Positions 55,501-62,633 of a stretch of DNA of 64,000 nucleotides are shown piece after piece. The DNA is from Heptranchias perlo (Eukaryota): assembly GCF_035084215.1 (NCBI RefSeq), contig NC_090327.1:31496001-31560000 (forward strand). The letters are read 5' to 3'. Each line of letters opens with the position of its first letter. Positions within the stretch are counted from its first letter, which is position 1. The notes under the pieces were generated by a model, which saw nothing but the letters and a program-made list of their open reading frames with translations, was not told the origin of the DNA and did no database searches. The translations under genes and the position numbers were made by a program.

Positions 55501-58500
55501 TCCATTTGCAACCCCTCAAATAATGAAGCAGTCCGTGCTCACATGCAGCATGACCTGGACAACATCCAGGCTTGGGCTGATAAGTGGCAAGTAACATTCG
55601 TGCCAGACAATGACCATCTCCAACAAGAGAGAGTCTAACCACCTCCCCTTGACATTCAATGGCATTACTATCGCCAAATCTCCCACCATCAACATCCTGG
55701 GGGTCACCATTGACCAGAAACTTAACTGGACCAGCCATATAAATACTGTGGCTACAAAAGCAGGTCAGAGGCCGGGTATTCTGCGGTGAGTGACCCACCT
55801 CCTGACTCCCCAAAGCCTTTCCACCATCTACAAGGCACAAGTCAGGAGTGTGATGGAATACTCTCCACTTGCCTGGATGAGTGCAGCTCCAACAACACGC
55901 AGGAAGCTTGACACCATCTACCACCCTAAACATTCACTCCCTTCATCACTGGCGCACAGTAGCTGCAGTGTGTACCATCCATAGGATGCACTGCAGCAAC
56001 TCGCCAAGGTTTCTTCAACAGCACCTCCCAAACCCACGACCTCTACCAACTAGAAGGACATGGGAACACCACCTGCACGTTCCCCTCCAAGTCATACACC
56101 ATCCCGACTTGGAAATATATCGCCGTTCCTTCATCGTCGCTGGGTCAAAATCCTGGAACTCCCTTCCTAACAGCACTGTGGGAGAACCTTCACCACACGG
56201 ACTGCATTGGTTCAAGAAGGTGGCTCACCCCCACCTTCTCCAGGGCAATTAGGGATGGGCAATAAATGCCGGCGTCGCCAGCGACGCCCACATCCCATGA
56301 ATGAATAAAAAAATCTCTCCTCATACCACAATCCCGCCATCCCAGGAATCAATCTGGTGAACCTTTGTTGCACTCCCTCTATGACAAGTATATCCTTAGG
56401 TGAAGAGACCAAAATTGTACTCAACACTCCACGTGCAGTCTCACCAAGGCCCTATATAATTGCAGTAAGACATCTTTACTCCTATACTCAAATCCTCTTG
56501 TAATAAAGGCCAACATATCATTTGCCTTCCTAATTGCTTGCTGCACTTGCATGTTAGCTTTCAGTGACTTATGTGCAAGGACACCCAGGTCCCTTTGAAC
56601 ATCAACATTTCCCAATCTCTCACCATTTAAAAAATACTCTGCATTTCTTCAACAGCACCTCCAAACCCACGACCTCTACCACCTAGAAGGACATGGGAAC
56701 ACCACCACCTGCATGTTCCCCTCCAAGTCATACACCATCCCGACTTAGAAATATATCACCGTTCCTTCATCGTCGCTGGGTCAAAATCCTGTTTTTCCTA
56801 CCAAAGTGGATAACTTCACATTTTTCCACATTATATTCCATATGCCATGTTCTCACCCATTCACTTAGCCTGTCTATATCCCCTTGAAGCCTCATTGCAT
56901 CCTCCTCACAACTTACATTTCCACCCAGTTTTGTGTCATCAGCAAACTTGGAAATAGTACATTTGGTCCCCTCATCCAAATCATTGCTATAGATTGTGAA
57001 TAGCTGGGGCCCAAGCACCGATCCCTGCGGTACCCCACTAATCACAGTCTGCCAACCTGAAAAAGACCCATTTATTCCTGCTCTGTTTTCTGTCTGTTAA
57101 CCAATTCTCAATCCGTGCCTATATATTACCTCCAATTCCATATGCTCTAACTTTGTTCACCAACCTCCTCTGTAGGACCTTATCGAAAGCCTTCTGAAAA
57201 TCCAAATACACCACATCCACTGGTTCCCCCTTATTTATTCTACTAGTTACATCCTCAAAGAACTCCAATAGGTTTGTCAAACATGATTCCCCTTTCATAA
57301 ATCCATGTTGACTGCCAAATTCTATTATTTTCTAAGTATCCTGTTATCACATCCTTTATAATAGATTCCAGCATTTTCCCTACTACTGATGTCAGGCTAA
57401 CAGGTCTGTAGTTCCCTGTTTTCTCTCTCCCTCCTTTCTTAAATAGTGGGGTTATATTTGCCACCCTCCAATCTGCAGGAACCATTCTAGAATCCATGGA
57501 ATTTTGGAAGATGACAAGCAATGCATCCACTATCTCTACAGCCACCTTTTTTAAAACCCTGGGATGTAGATTATCAGGTCCTTGGGATTTATCGACTTCC
57601 AGTCCCATTAATTTCTCTAGTACTTTTTTTTTTACTATACTAATTTCTTTCAGTTCCTCCTTCTCGCCAGACTCTTGGTTCTCTAGTATTTCTGGGAGGT
57701 TTTTTGTGTCTTCTTCCATGAAGACAGACACAAAGTATGTTTAATTTCTCTGCCCTTTCCTTATTCCTCATCATAAATTCTCCCGTCTGTCTATAAGGGA
57801 CACATTTGCCTTTGCCAGTCTTTTCCTTTTTACATAACTCTAGAAGCTTTTACAGTCCATTTTTATATTTCTCGCTAGTTTACTTTCATTCTATTTCCCT
57901 TTATCAATTTCTTGGTCCTCCTTTGCTGAATTCTAAAATGCTCCCAATCCTCAGGCTAACTGCTTTTTCTGGCAACTTTATATGCCTCTTCCTTTTATTT
58001 AATACTATCTTTAATTTCTCTTGTTAGCCACGGTTGGACCACTTTTCTTGTTGGGTTTTTGTGCCTTAAAAGGAACATCACTGCATACTTCCCTCCAGTC
58101 TCAAAAATAACCGTTCACCACCACACTCTGCCACTGTCCCTTTAATCCCATGGGCTTTAATTTTGCTCAAGTCTATTATGTGGTACTTATCAAATGCCTT
58201 TTGAAAGTCCATATACACATTAACCACACTACCCTCATCAACCCTCTCTGTTACATCAAAGAACTCAAGCAAGTTAGTCAAACAAGATTTTCCTTTAACA
58301 AATCAGTGATGATTTTCATTTATTAGCCCATACTTTTCCAAATGCCAATTAATTTTGTCCCGAACTACTGTCTCAAAGTTTTCCCACCATTAGGCTGACT
58401 GGGCTGTAATTGCCAGGTTTATCCCTCCACTTTTTTTTTGAACAGGAGTGTAACATTTGCAGTCCTCCAGTCCTCTGGCACCATCCCCATATCTAAGGAG

Positions 58501-59554
58501 GATTGGAAGATTGAAAGAGTCCAATTAATCTATCAAAAAATAAAGTGGGATAGGGTCTCAAGTGTCAGCCTTGGCTTAATGATGCACTCTCACCTCTGAT
58601 TCGGATGGTTGTGGGTTCAAGCTCCACTACAGAGACTTGAGCATATAATCTAGGATAGCACTTCTGTGCAGTTCTGATGGAGTGCTGCACTATCTGAGGT
58701 GTTGTCTTTCAGATGAAACATTAAAGCGAGGCCCCACTGGCCTTCTCAGGTGGACGTAAAAGATACCCGGCACTATTCAAAGAGCAGGGAAGTTCTCCCA
58801 GTATCCTGGACAATATTTATCCCTCAGCCAACACAACAGATAATTTGGTCATTTATTTCATTGCTATTTGTGGGACCTTGCTGTGCACAAATTGGCTGCC
58901 CCGTTTCCTACATCAGAACAGTGACTACACTTCATTGGCTGTAAAGTACTGTGGAACATCCTGACGCTATGTAAATACAAGTCCTTCTTTCTTACATGCA
59001 GGACCCTCTTTTAATGTAAAGAATCCACAAATTAACAGGGAAGGAGAGTCTAGTGGCCAGTTTGGGTTTGGGGGGGGGGGGGGGGGGGGAAGAGAGAGGC
59101 TGGAGTTTTCATATTGTTACACACTCTCTCCTCCTCTTTTCCACCCCTCGTATTTTAGATTGGGAAAACAGGCTTATCAAAATTGTAATCAATATATTAA
59201 AATACCCCTCAATGCACACCAAAGTGGGCATATCTCTGCTCCCCATCCCAATAATTTTTTTTAGCACTGCACATAAAGAGGTTGTACAAAAAGAGAAACA
59301 TCAAAAGTAACATGACTTTTTTTAAAACTAAAGATGATACTATTACACAATAACTCTTCCCCATCCCAAACCCATTAATCTCACCATTTCCATTTATCTG
59401 CATCTTTTTTCTTCTCTTCCTCCCCTTTCAAATGGGTCTTGTTGCTTTTTTCCTCCTTCAATTTCTGCTTTTTCTCCTCCTTCTCTTTGACCTCGATCAC
59501 GTTCTTCTTTACATTCCCTGATTTCCTTCTCGGCACCTTGCATGCAGATGATGT
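14531..59554 (-). CDS. TOP1MT: DNA topoisomerase I (type IB), TOP1MT-type paralogue; spliced gene with 13 core exons plus alternative 5' exons
   Basis: Core exons of 116,122,123,188,145,144,186,69,115,128,95,150,103 nt join into one open frame with GT-AG introns. All five catalytic motifs are present: LALRAG (R), LGKDS (K), KVFRTY (R), LCNHQR (H), KLNYLD (Y). Confidence 0.93.
15314..15463 (-). CDS. TOP1MT: Topoisomerase I exon carrying the catalytic tyrosine ([50 protein letters not shown])
   Basis: 150 nt with AG/GT ends; SKLNYLDPR active-site motif. Confidence 0.96.
15820..16145 (+). mobile_element. CR1 LINE 3' end
   Basis: [22 protein letters not shown]-type sequence and a CCTATTCCTGT tail. 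Confidence 0.75.
16378..16472 (-). CDS. TOP1MT: Topoisomerase I linker exon ([32 protein letters not shown])
   Basis: 95 nt, CAG acceptor, GTAAGT donor, in frame with both neighbours. Confidence 0.93.
17085..17970 (+). mobile_element. Two CR1 3' ends (about 17085-17390 and 17520-17970)
   Basis: ORF 17547-17825 is near-identical to the C-terminus of ORF 3667-4518; TTCTATGATTCT tail. Confidence 0.85.
18680..18807 (-). CDS. TOP1MT: Topoisomerase I exon ([43 protein letters not shown])
   Basis: 128 nt with AG/GT ends; catalytic His motif LCNHQR. Confidence 0.95.
18955..19320 (-). mobile_element. CR1 LINE 3' end
   Basis: Same family as the copies at 15820 and 33480. Confidence 0.8.
20244..20358 (-). 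CDS. TOP1MT: Topoisomerase I exon ([38 protein letters not shown])
   Basis: 115 nt, TAG acceptor, GTAAGT donor; KVFRTYNAS motif. Confidence 0.95.
20553..20621 (-). CDS. TOP1MT: Topoisomerase I exon ([23 protein letters not shown])
   Basis: 69 nt, CAG acceptor, GTATGT donor. Confidence 0.94.
20715..21400 (-). mobile_element. DeuSINE-type tRNA-headed SINE interrupted by a CR1 3' end (about 20780-21055)
   Basis: Reverse-strand similarity to the SINE at 58565-58992: GCATTTATATAGCACCTTTCA tail at about 20720 and tRNA-like head at about 21340-21400. Confidence 0.7.
22085..22305 (+). mobile_element. CR1 LINE 3' end
   Basis: Near-identical to the 3' UTR at 7000-7210. Confidence 0.8.
23050..23235 (-). 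CDS. TOP1MT: Topoisomerase I exon ([62 protein letters not shown])
   Basis: 186 nt with AG/GT ends; catalytic Arg and Lys motifs. Confidence 0.96.
23615..23960 (-). mobile_element. CR1 LINE 3' end
   Basis: [23 protein letters not shown]. Confidence 0.8.
24000..26220 (+). mobile_element. Relatively young CR1 LINE, about 2.2 kb of ORF2 plus 3' UTR
   Basis: Collinear ORF fragments with [44 protein letters not shown] and KFADDTK; few disruptions. Confidence 0.92.
26730..27625 (+). mobile_element. CR1 LINE 3' fragment
   Basis: [23 protein letters not shown]; TTCTATGATTCTATGATTCT tail. Confidence 0.88.
27837..27980 (-). CDS. TOP1MT: Topoisomerase I exon ([48 protein letters not shown])
   Basis: 144 nt, TAG acceptor, GT donor; translated by hand. 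Confidence 0.94.
28095..28500 (+). mobile_element. Old tRNA-headed SINE-like repeat; decayed relatives at about 16600-16780, 21800-21990, 30230-30350, 32620-32850, 36470-36825 and 43000-43310
   Basis: Recurrent ACTGAGCCATAYAGA..CCCAGGTTCAAT..GGTCTGTG..GAGTTAGCT head with a B-box-like GGTTCAAT, and a GCTGGAAAGTG-like core. Confidence 0.55.
30975..31119 (-). CDS. TOP1MT: Topoisomerase I exon ([48 protein letters not shown])
   Basis: 145 nt, CAG acceptor, GTATGT donor. Confidence 0.94.
32333..32520 (-). CDS. TOP1MT: Topoisomerase I exon ([63 protein letters not shown])
   Basis: 188 nt, CAG acceptor, GTAAGC donor; [10 protein letters not shown] motif. Confidence 0.95.
33480..35085 (-). mobile_element. 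CR1 LINE ORF2/3' UTR remnant
   Basis: [22 protein letters not shown] and RTRG.NLKIRAR motifs. Confidence 0.88.
37733..38344. mobile_element. Non-autonomous DNA transposon (MITE-like, possibly PIF/Harbinger)
   Basis: Imperfect terminal inverted repeats GGGAATTATTTTAGCATGG ... CCAGGCTAAAATTATGCCC around a GC-rich interior; no clear TSD. Confidence 0.55.
38754..38876 (-). CDS. TOP1MT: Topoisomerase I exon ([41 protein letters not shown])
   Basis: 123 nt, CAG acceptor, GTGAG donor. Confidence 0.94.
39200..39660 (-). mobile_element. Old CR1-like 3' end
   Basis: [23 protein letters not shown] in ORF 39462-39695. Confidence 0.65.
40250..40910 (+). mobile_element. Decayed 3' portion of the LINE family seen at 53396-56312
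   Basis: [11 protein letters not shown] and [11 protein letters not shown] motifs, and a GGGATGGGCAATAAA tail. Confidence 0.8.
41034..42343 (+). repeat. 241-bp near-perfect direct repeat (41034-41274 and 42103-42343) flanking a topoisomerase exon
   Basis: Direct reading: constant offset of 1069 with about 3 mismatches. Confidence 0.95.
41657..41778 (-). CDS. TOP1MT: Topoisomerase I exon ([41 protein letters not shown])
   Basis: 122 nt with AG/GT ends; [19 protein letters not shown] motif. Confidence 0.95.
42318..42737 (+). mobile_element. DeuSINE-type tRNA-headed SINE
   Basis: TTGGTTCAGTTGGTAGCACTCTC head, same body as 58565-58992, and a GTGCTATATAATTGCAA tail. Confidence 0.7.
43475..43510. 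repeat. (TA)n microsatellite
   Basis: About 18 perfect AT units. Confidence 0.95.
43990..44105 (-). CDS. TOP1MT: Topoisomerase I first core exon ([39 protein letters not shown])
   Basis: 116 nt, phase-2 CAG acceptor, GTGAGT donor; equivalent to TOP1 exon 9 / TOP1MT exon 2. Confidence 0.94.
49875..50290 (-). mobile_element. CR1 LINE 3' end
   Basis: Same family as 8125-8560. Confidence 0.8.
50839..50969 (-). CDS. TOP1MT: Candidate alternative first coding exon encoding a mitochondrial-targeting-like peptide ([44 protein letters not shown])
   Basis: ATG at 50969 with G at -3 and an in-frame TAA 15 codons upstream; 43 open codons plus 2 nt; perfect AG|GTAAGT phase-2 donor joining the 44105 acceptor in frame. 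The peptide is Arg/Thr/Ser/hydrophobic with one acidic residue, and the sequence is non-repetitive. Confidence 0.75.
51450..52980 (-). mobile_element. CR1 LINE with a plus-strand CR1 3' end (about 51692-52070) nested inside
   Basis: ORFs 52020-52409 and 52522-52716 on the minus strand; the insert is near-identical to 25855-26220. Confidence 0.88.
52980..58075 (-). mobile_element. CR1 LINE (about 52980-53395 plus 56313-58075) split by insertion of another LINE
   Basis: Host sequence continues across the insert (..GTCTACTCAA | TCTCTCCTCATA..); ORFs 56767-57045 and 57255-57731. Confidence 0.88.
53396..56312 (+). mobile_element. Near-complete 2.9-kb single-ORF non-LTR retrotransposon (APE endonuclease plus RT), distinct from the local CR1s; frameshifted
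   Basis: Endonuclease motifs [27 protein letters not shown] and SDH; RT motifs [32 protein letters not shown] and FADD; tail ..CCCATGAATGAATAAAAAAA. Confidence 0.9.
58078..58512 (-). mobile_element. CR1 RT fragment
   Basis: [17 protein letters not shown]. Confidence 0.8.
58565..58992 (+). mobile_element. DeuSINE-type tRNA-headed SINE
   Basis: tRNA-like head (GGTTGTGGGTTCAAGCTCCAC), Deu-domain-like body (GGAGTGCTGCACT..GTCTTTCAGATGA..CTCAGGTGGACGTAAAAGAT) and GCTATGTAAATACAAGTCCTTCTTT tail. Confidence 0.75.
59385..59554 (-). CDS. TOP1MT: Lys/Glu-rich N-terminal-domain exon homologous to nuclear TOP1 exon 8 ([57 protein letters not shown])
   Basis: 170 nt open; T-rich acceptor ending CAG; phase-2 TG|GTGAGA donor that rebuilds KWKW-WEEE with the 44105 exon. 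Confidence 0.85.
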
Positions 59555-59899
59555 CTGTTTGGAAATTAAAAATAAAAACCTTTTCTTTTTAAAAAAAAAT
59601 ATTGAGCATGGTATGCAAGAGCACAGTAAGAGAGGGTAAAACAAGGAGGATAATGCTGCCCATTTTAGTAAAGTTTATTTTTCCTCTTTCAGAAAGAAGT
59701 ACGGAGAACAAATACTGCTTATATTTCCTGATTACAATAAGTAAATTTGTTTGTTTCTTAGCAAAGACTGTGGCAGACTGACCTAATTCAGCCAAGCTAC
59801 CCAGCACTTTAACATCCTATCCCCATTGCCACTGAACTCCAATTCATTCAATCCTTTCTCATTTCTGTCGCATTTACTTATTTATTCAGTTTTGAAATA

Positions 59900-60340
59900 A
59901 TATTCTGGTGAACTTTATCTCAGGCGGGATGACAGCAAGAATATTAAAAAGATTACACTACATTTGGTGCCCAGAATTCACAACCATTCCCAAGTACAGA
60001 ACAGCCAGTTGCAAAAAGTAATTTGGCACTAAAGCCTCAAATTTGTCATTGAGTGCAATATTGCAATTTTGAGGGAAAGCTTCAGGTGTCTCATCAATCT
60101 GGGGATGCTCTAATAGCACCTGGCTAAGATTCCAGCATCACGATGGTGTGCTGCATGCTGCATAATTGTCTTAAAAAAAACCTTGAGACCTTGGAGAAGG
60201 AATACAACCAAGCGTATTGGGGGATTAGCCAGAGAAGCAGTAGCCGAGAGGATGGGACGTTCTGGCTGCAAGATATTCATGCTGATCTGATATCTGGTTC
60301 TTCTCTTGATTATTGCATCTGTCCGCCGCATGAGTAACTG
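59900..60340 (+). mobile_element. Decayed PIF/Harbinger (HARBI1-like) transposase fragment
   Basis: FRCL..SGDAL..MVCCMLHN resembles the C-terminal motif of DDE_Tnp_4 transposases; heavily degenerate. Confidence 0.45.
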
Positions 60341-60699
60341 GCCAAACTCCCCCTTCCCACCATAATTATTGCATAAAGATACAGACTCTTCTCTGCATGC
60401 ATCAAGTCACTCGGATCCCATCCATGCTACCTCATCAAAATCACTTCTAAATATTGACAAACAATGTCTGCACACACACATCAGCTTTAATGAAACCAAA
60501 ATTTTAATCAAGTGGCAGGAGTGGGTGAGGTCTTATATGTCATTTGTCAGCTAAGTCCTGAGATCGACCTACTGCAGGCTACATCTCTTGTATGCTGCAA
60601 GGGCAGCCGGTTCCTGCCTCCTTTCTGCCACATGTGTAGGCATCAGAGGGGTATGATGGGAAGGCATTCATCAGTTGCTACCCTGAGAGATGAAAATAC

Positions 60700-61030
60700 A
60701 GGTACGGTAGCTCAGTGGTTATGTTACTGGACTAGTAATCCAGAGGCCCAGACTAATAATTCGGACACGAGTTCAAATCTTGTCACGGCAGCTGGGGAAT
60801 TTAAATTCAGTTAATTAAATAAAATCTGGACTAAAAAGCTAGCATCAGTAACGGTCACCATGAAACTACCGGATTGTCGTAAAAACCCTTCTGGTTCACT
60901 AATGTCCTCAGCATATATTCCTGCAAGCACCCTCCACATGTCCAACACTACCTTCTCCAGGACAATTAGGGATGGACAATAAATACTGGCCTGCCAATGC
61001 AACCACATCCCATGAATGAATAAAAAAAAT
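60700..61030 (+). mobile_element. tRNA-headed SINE sharing its 3' tail with the 53396-56312 LINE
   Basis: A-box-like TAGCTCAGTGG and B-box-like GAGTTCAAATC; tail 60945-61030 matches 56228-56312. Confidence 0.75.
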
Positions 61031-61687
61031 ATTCCTGCCACACCACTAGTACTATGCACTGGGTCTGTACGGCCAGTAGTGATTGGTACCATTAGGTCTC
61101 CTTTCCCAATCAGATCAGTGAAGTCCTGAGAAGGGGGTCGAGAATAACCAAATAATAATCAAAACCAAAGGAGGCAGCCCTCTTCAATCTAGCACCCAAA
61201 GCCTCAATATGTGTGACCCTAAACAATGCATGTTGGTAGGTTATTAGACTGAAAGGGTCATTACAGCTGAACCCAATCCTGTTCTCACCCAAAACTAAGT
61301 ACACTTTCAAGCAGGGGTCACTGATGGCTGACATGCTCCCAAGCGCCTCAAAAGCCAGCTGATAGAGGTGGATGAGCACAAACCTGGCTGATTCTCCCTC
61401 AGATTTCTCCTCCCTCCCCTTCATTTAGTATTCCTTCACCGCCTCCACTTAATTCTTCTCCACAGAGCCACTGAGATTGAAAATTCAGCCTGTGGAAGAT
61501 TGTGGATGACTTATGTCTCACACCTTGCAGCGCTGTGTCAACCCAGTGTGTCACGGTCAGCCACTTCCTATCTCTCCTGAATATTTACAGATGGAAGCAT
61601 CACTGGAGAATGCAATCAACAATAGAGATAACAATGATCCAGGGACACAACATGCTCAATTTTGATGGCATTCCATCAGAGCGGTAC

Positions 61688-61724
61688 CTGAAACTCCAAC
61701 ATTAATTCGGACATGGTGTTCCAA
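61688..61724 (-). CDS. Possible 37-nt upstream mini-exon of the long topoisomerase isoform (ACC-ATG at 61714: MSELMLEFQ)
   Basis: Long polypyrimidine acceptor ending TCAG and a phase-0 CAG|GTACCG donor compatible with the 59554 exon; no recognisable homology. Confidence 0.35.
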
Positions 61725-62633
61725 CTGACAGGAACAGAAAAAGAAAAATTAAAGAATAATCTTGCAGATCTTCTATTTCCCACACTAAAATGCACATTAC
61801 AATTTTAACATCCTCGTTCAATCTACTCCAATCTCAGTGTTCAGATTCAGTGTCCTTCTCCGACTGCTTGCTGTGCCATTTTAGAAAACAGGCCCTCAGT
61901 TCTCATTTGAGAATAAAAAAATTGAACACAGAAAAAAAGATTGTAAAGGGTATGGTTAAAAAAAAAATCAGTGGAAAGTTTAAAAAAAAAGTTGTACATA
62001 TACCCATGCTGATATGACTACATCACAATAAAATAGCAACATCACAAAGTGCCTAAAACTTGTTAATTTTAGCTCATTCATCTACACAGGTACCGATTTT
62101 ATTCATTTTATTTTTTTACAAAATCTGCGAATGTTTTTAAACAGACTAAGATTATGATAGTCACTCAACAGTGGCCTAATAGCTCCACTCAAGGGGTGAC
62201 CTTAAATCACTTGTGACTGATCAGCCAGCTGCAATTGTGGCACTCTTTACTGCGTCATGGCCCTTCGTCCTGTAATATTCAGTGTAACAGGAACGATTTC
62301 AGGATACCCACTGCACTTTGGAATCATCAGTTAGAGCACTGCACTCTTTCACTTCTAGGAGCTGCCCAGAATAATGCAACCAAACATCTCTTCTATCTCG
62401 CACGACAGTTTAGGGCAGCCTCAGACCAGGTTTTTTTTAGGTTTACGTGCCCAAATACACACAACTGCCCTACAATTCAGCAACTCATTTAAAATATCCC
62501 ATAACAGTGAAAACGGTGGAAATGGGAAGGTCACCATAAAGGGCATTTGGAATCATAGAATAATACAGCACAGAAGGAGGCCATTTGTGCCTGTGCCAGT
62601 TTGGAAGAGCTATCCAATTAGTTCCATTCCCCT

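Noticed and set aside
58565-60790. tRNA genes at the SINE heads (about 58570 and 60700)
   Set aside because: Degenerate A/B boxes run straight into SINE bodies; no complete cloverleaf is evident
61801-61870. Acidic peptide KQSEKDTESEH*DWSRLNEDVKI as a TOP1 N-terminal coding exon
   Set aside because: All three minus-strand frames contain stops; at most UTR plus a few codons
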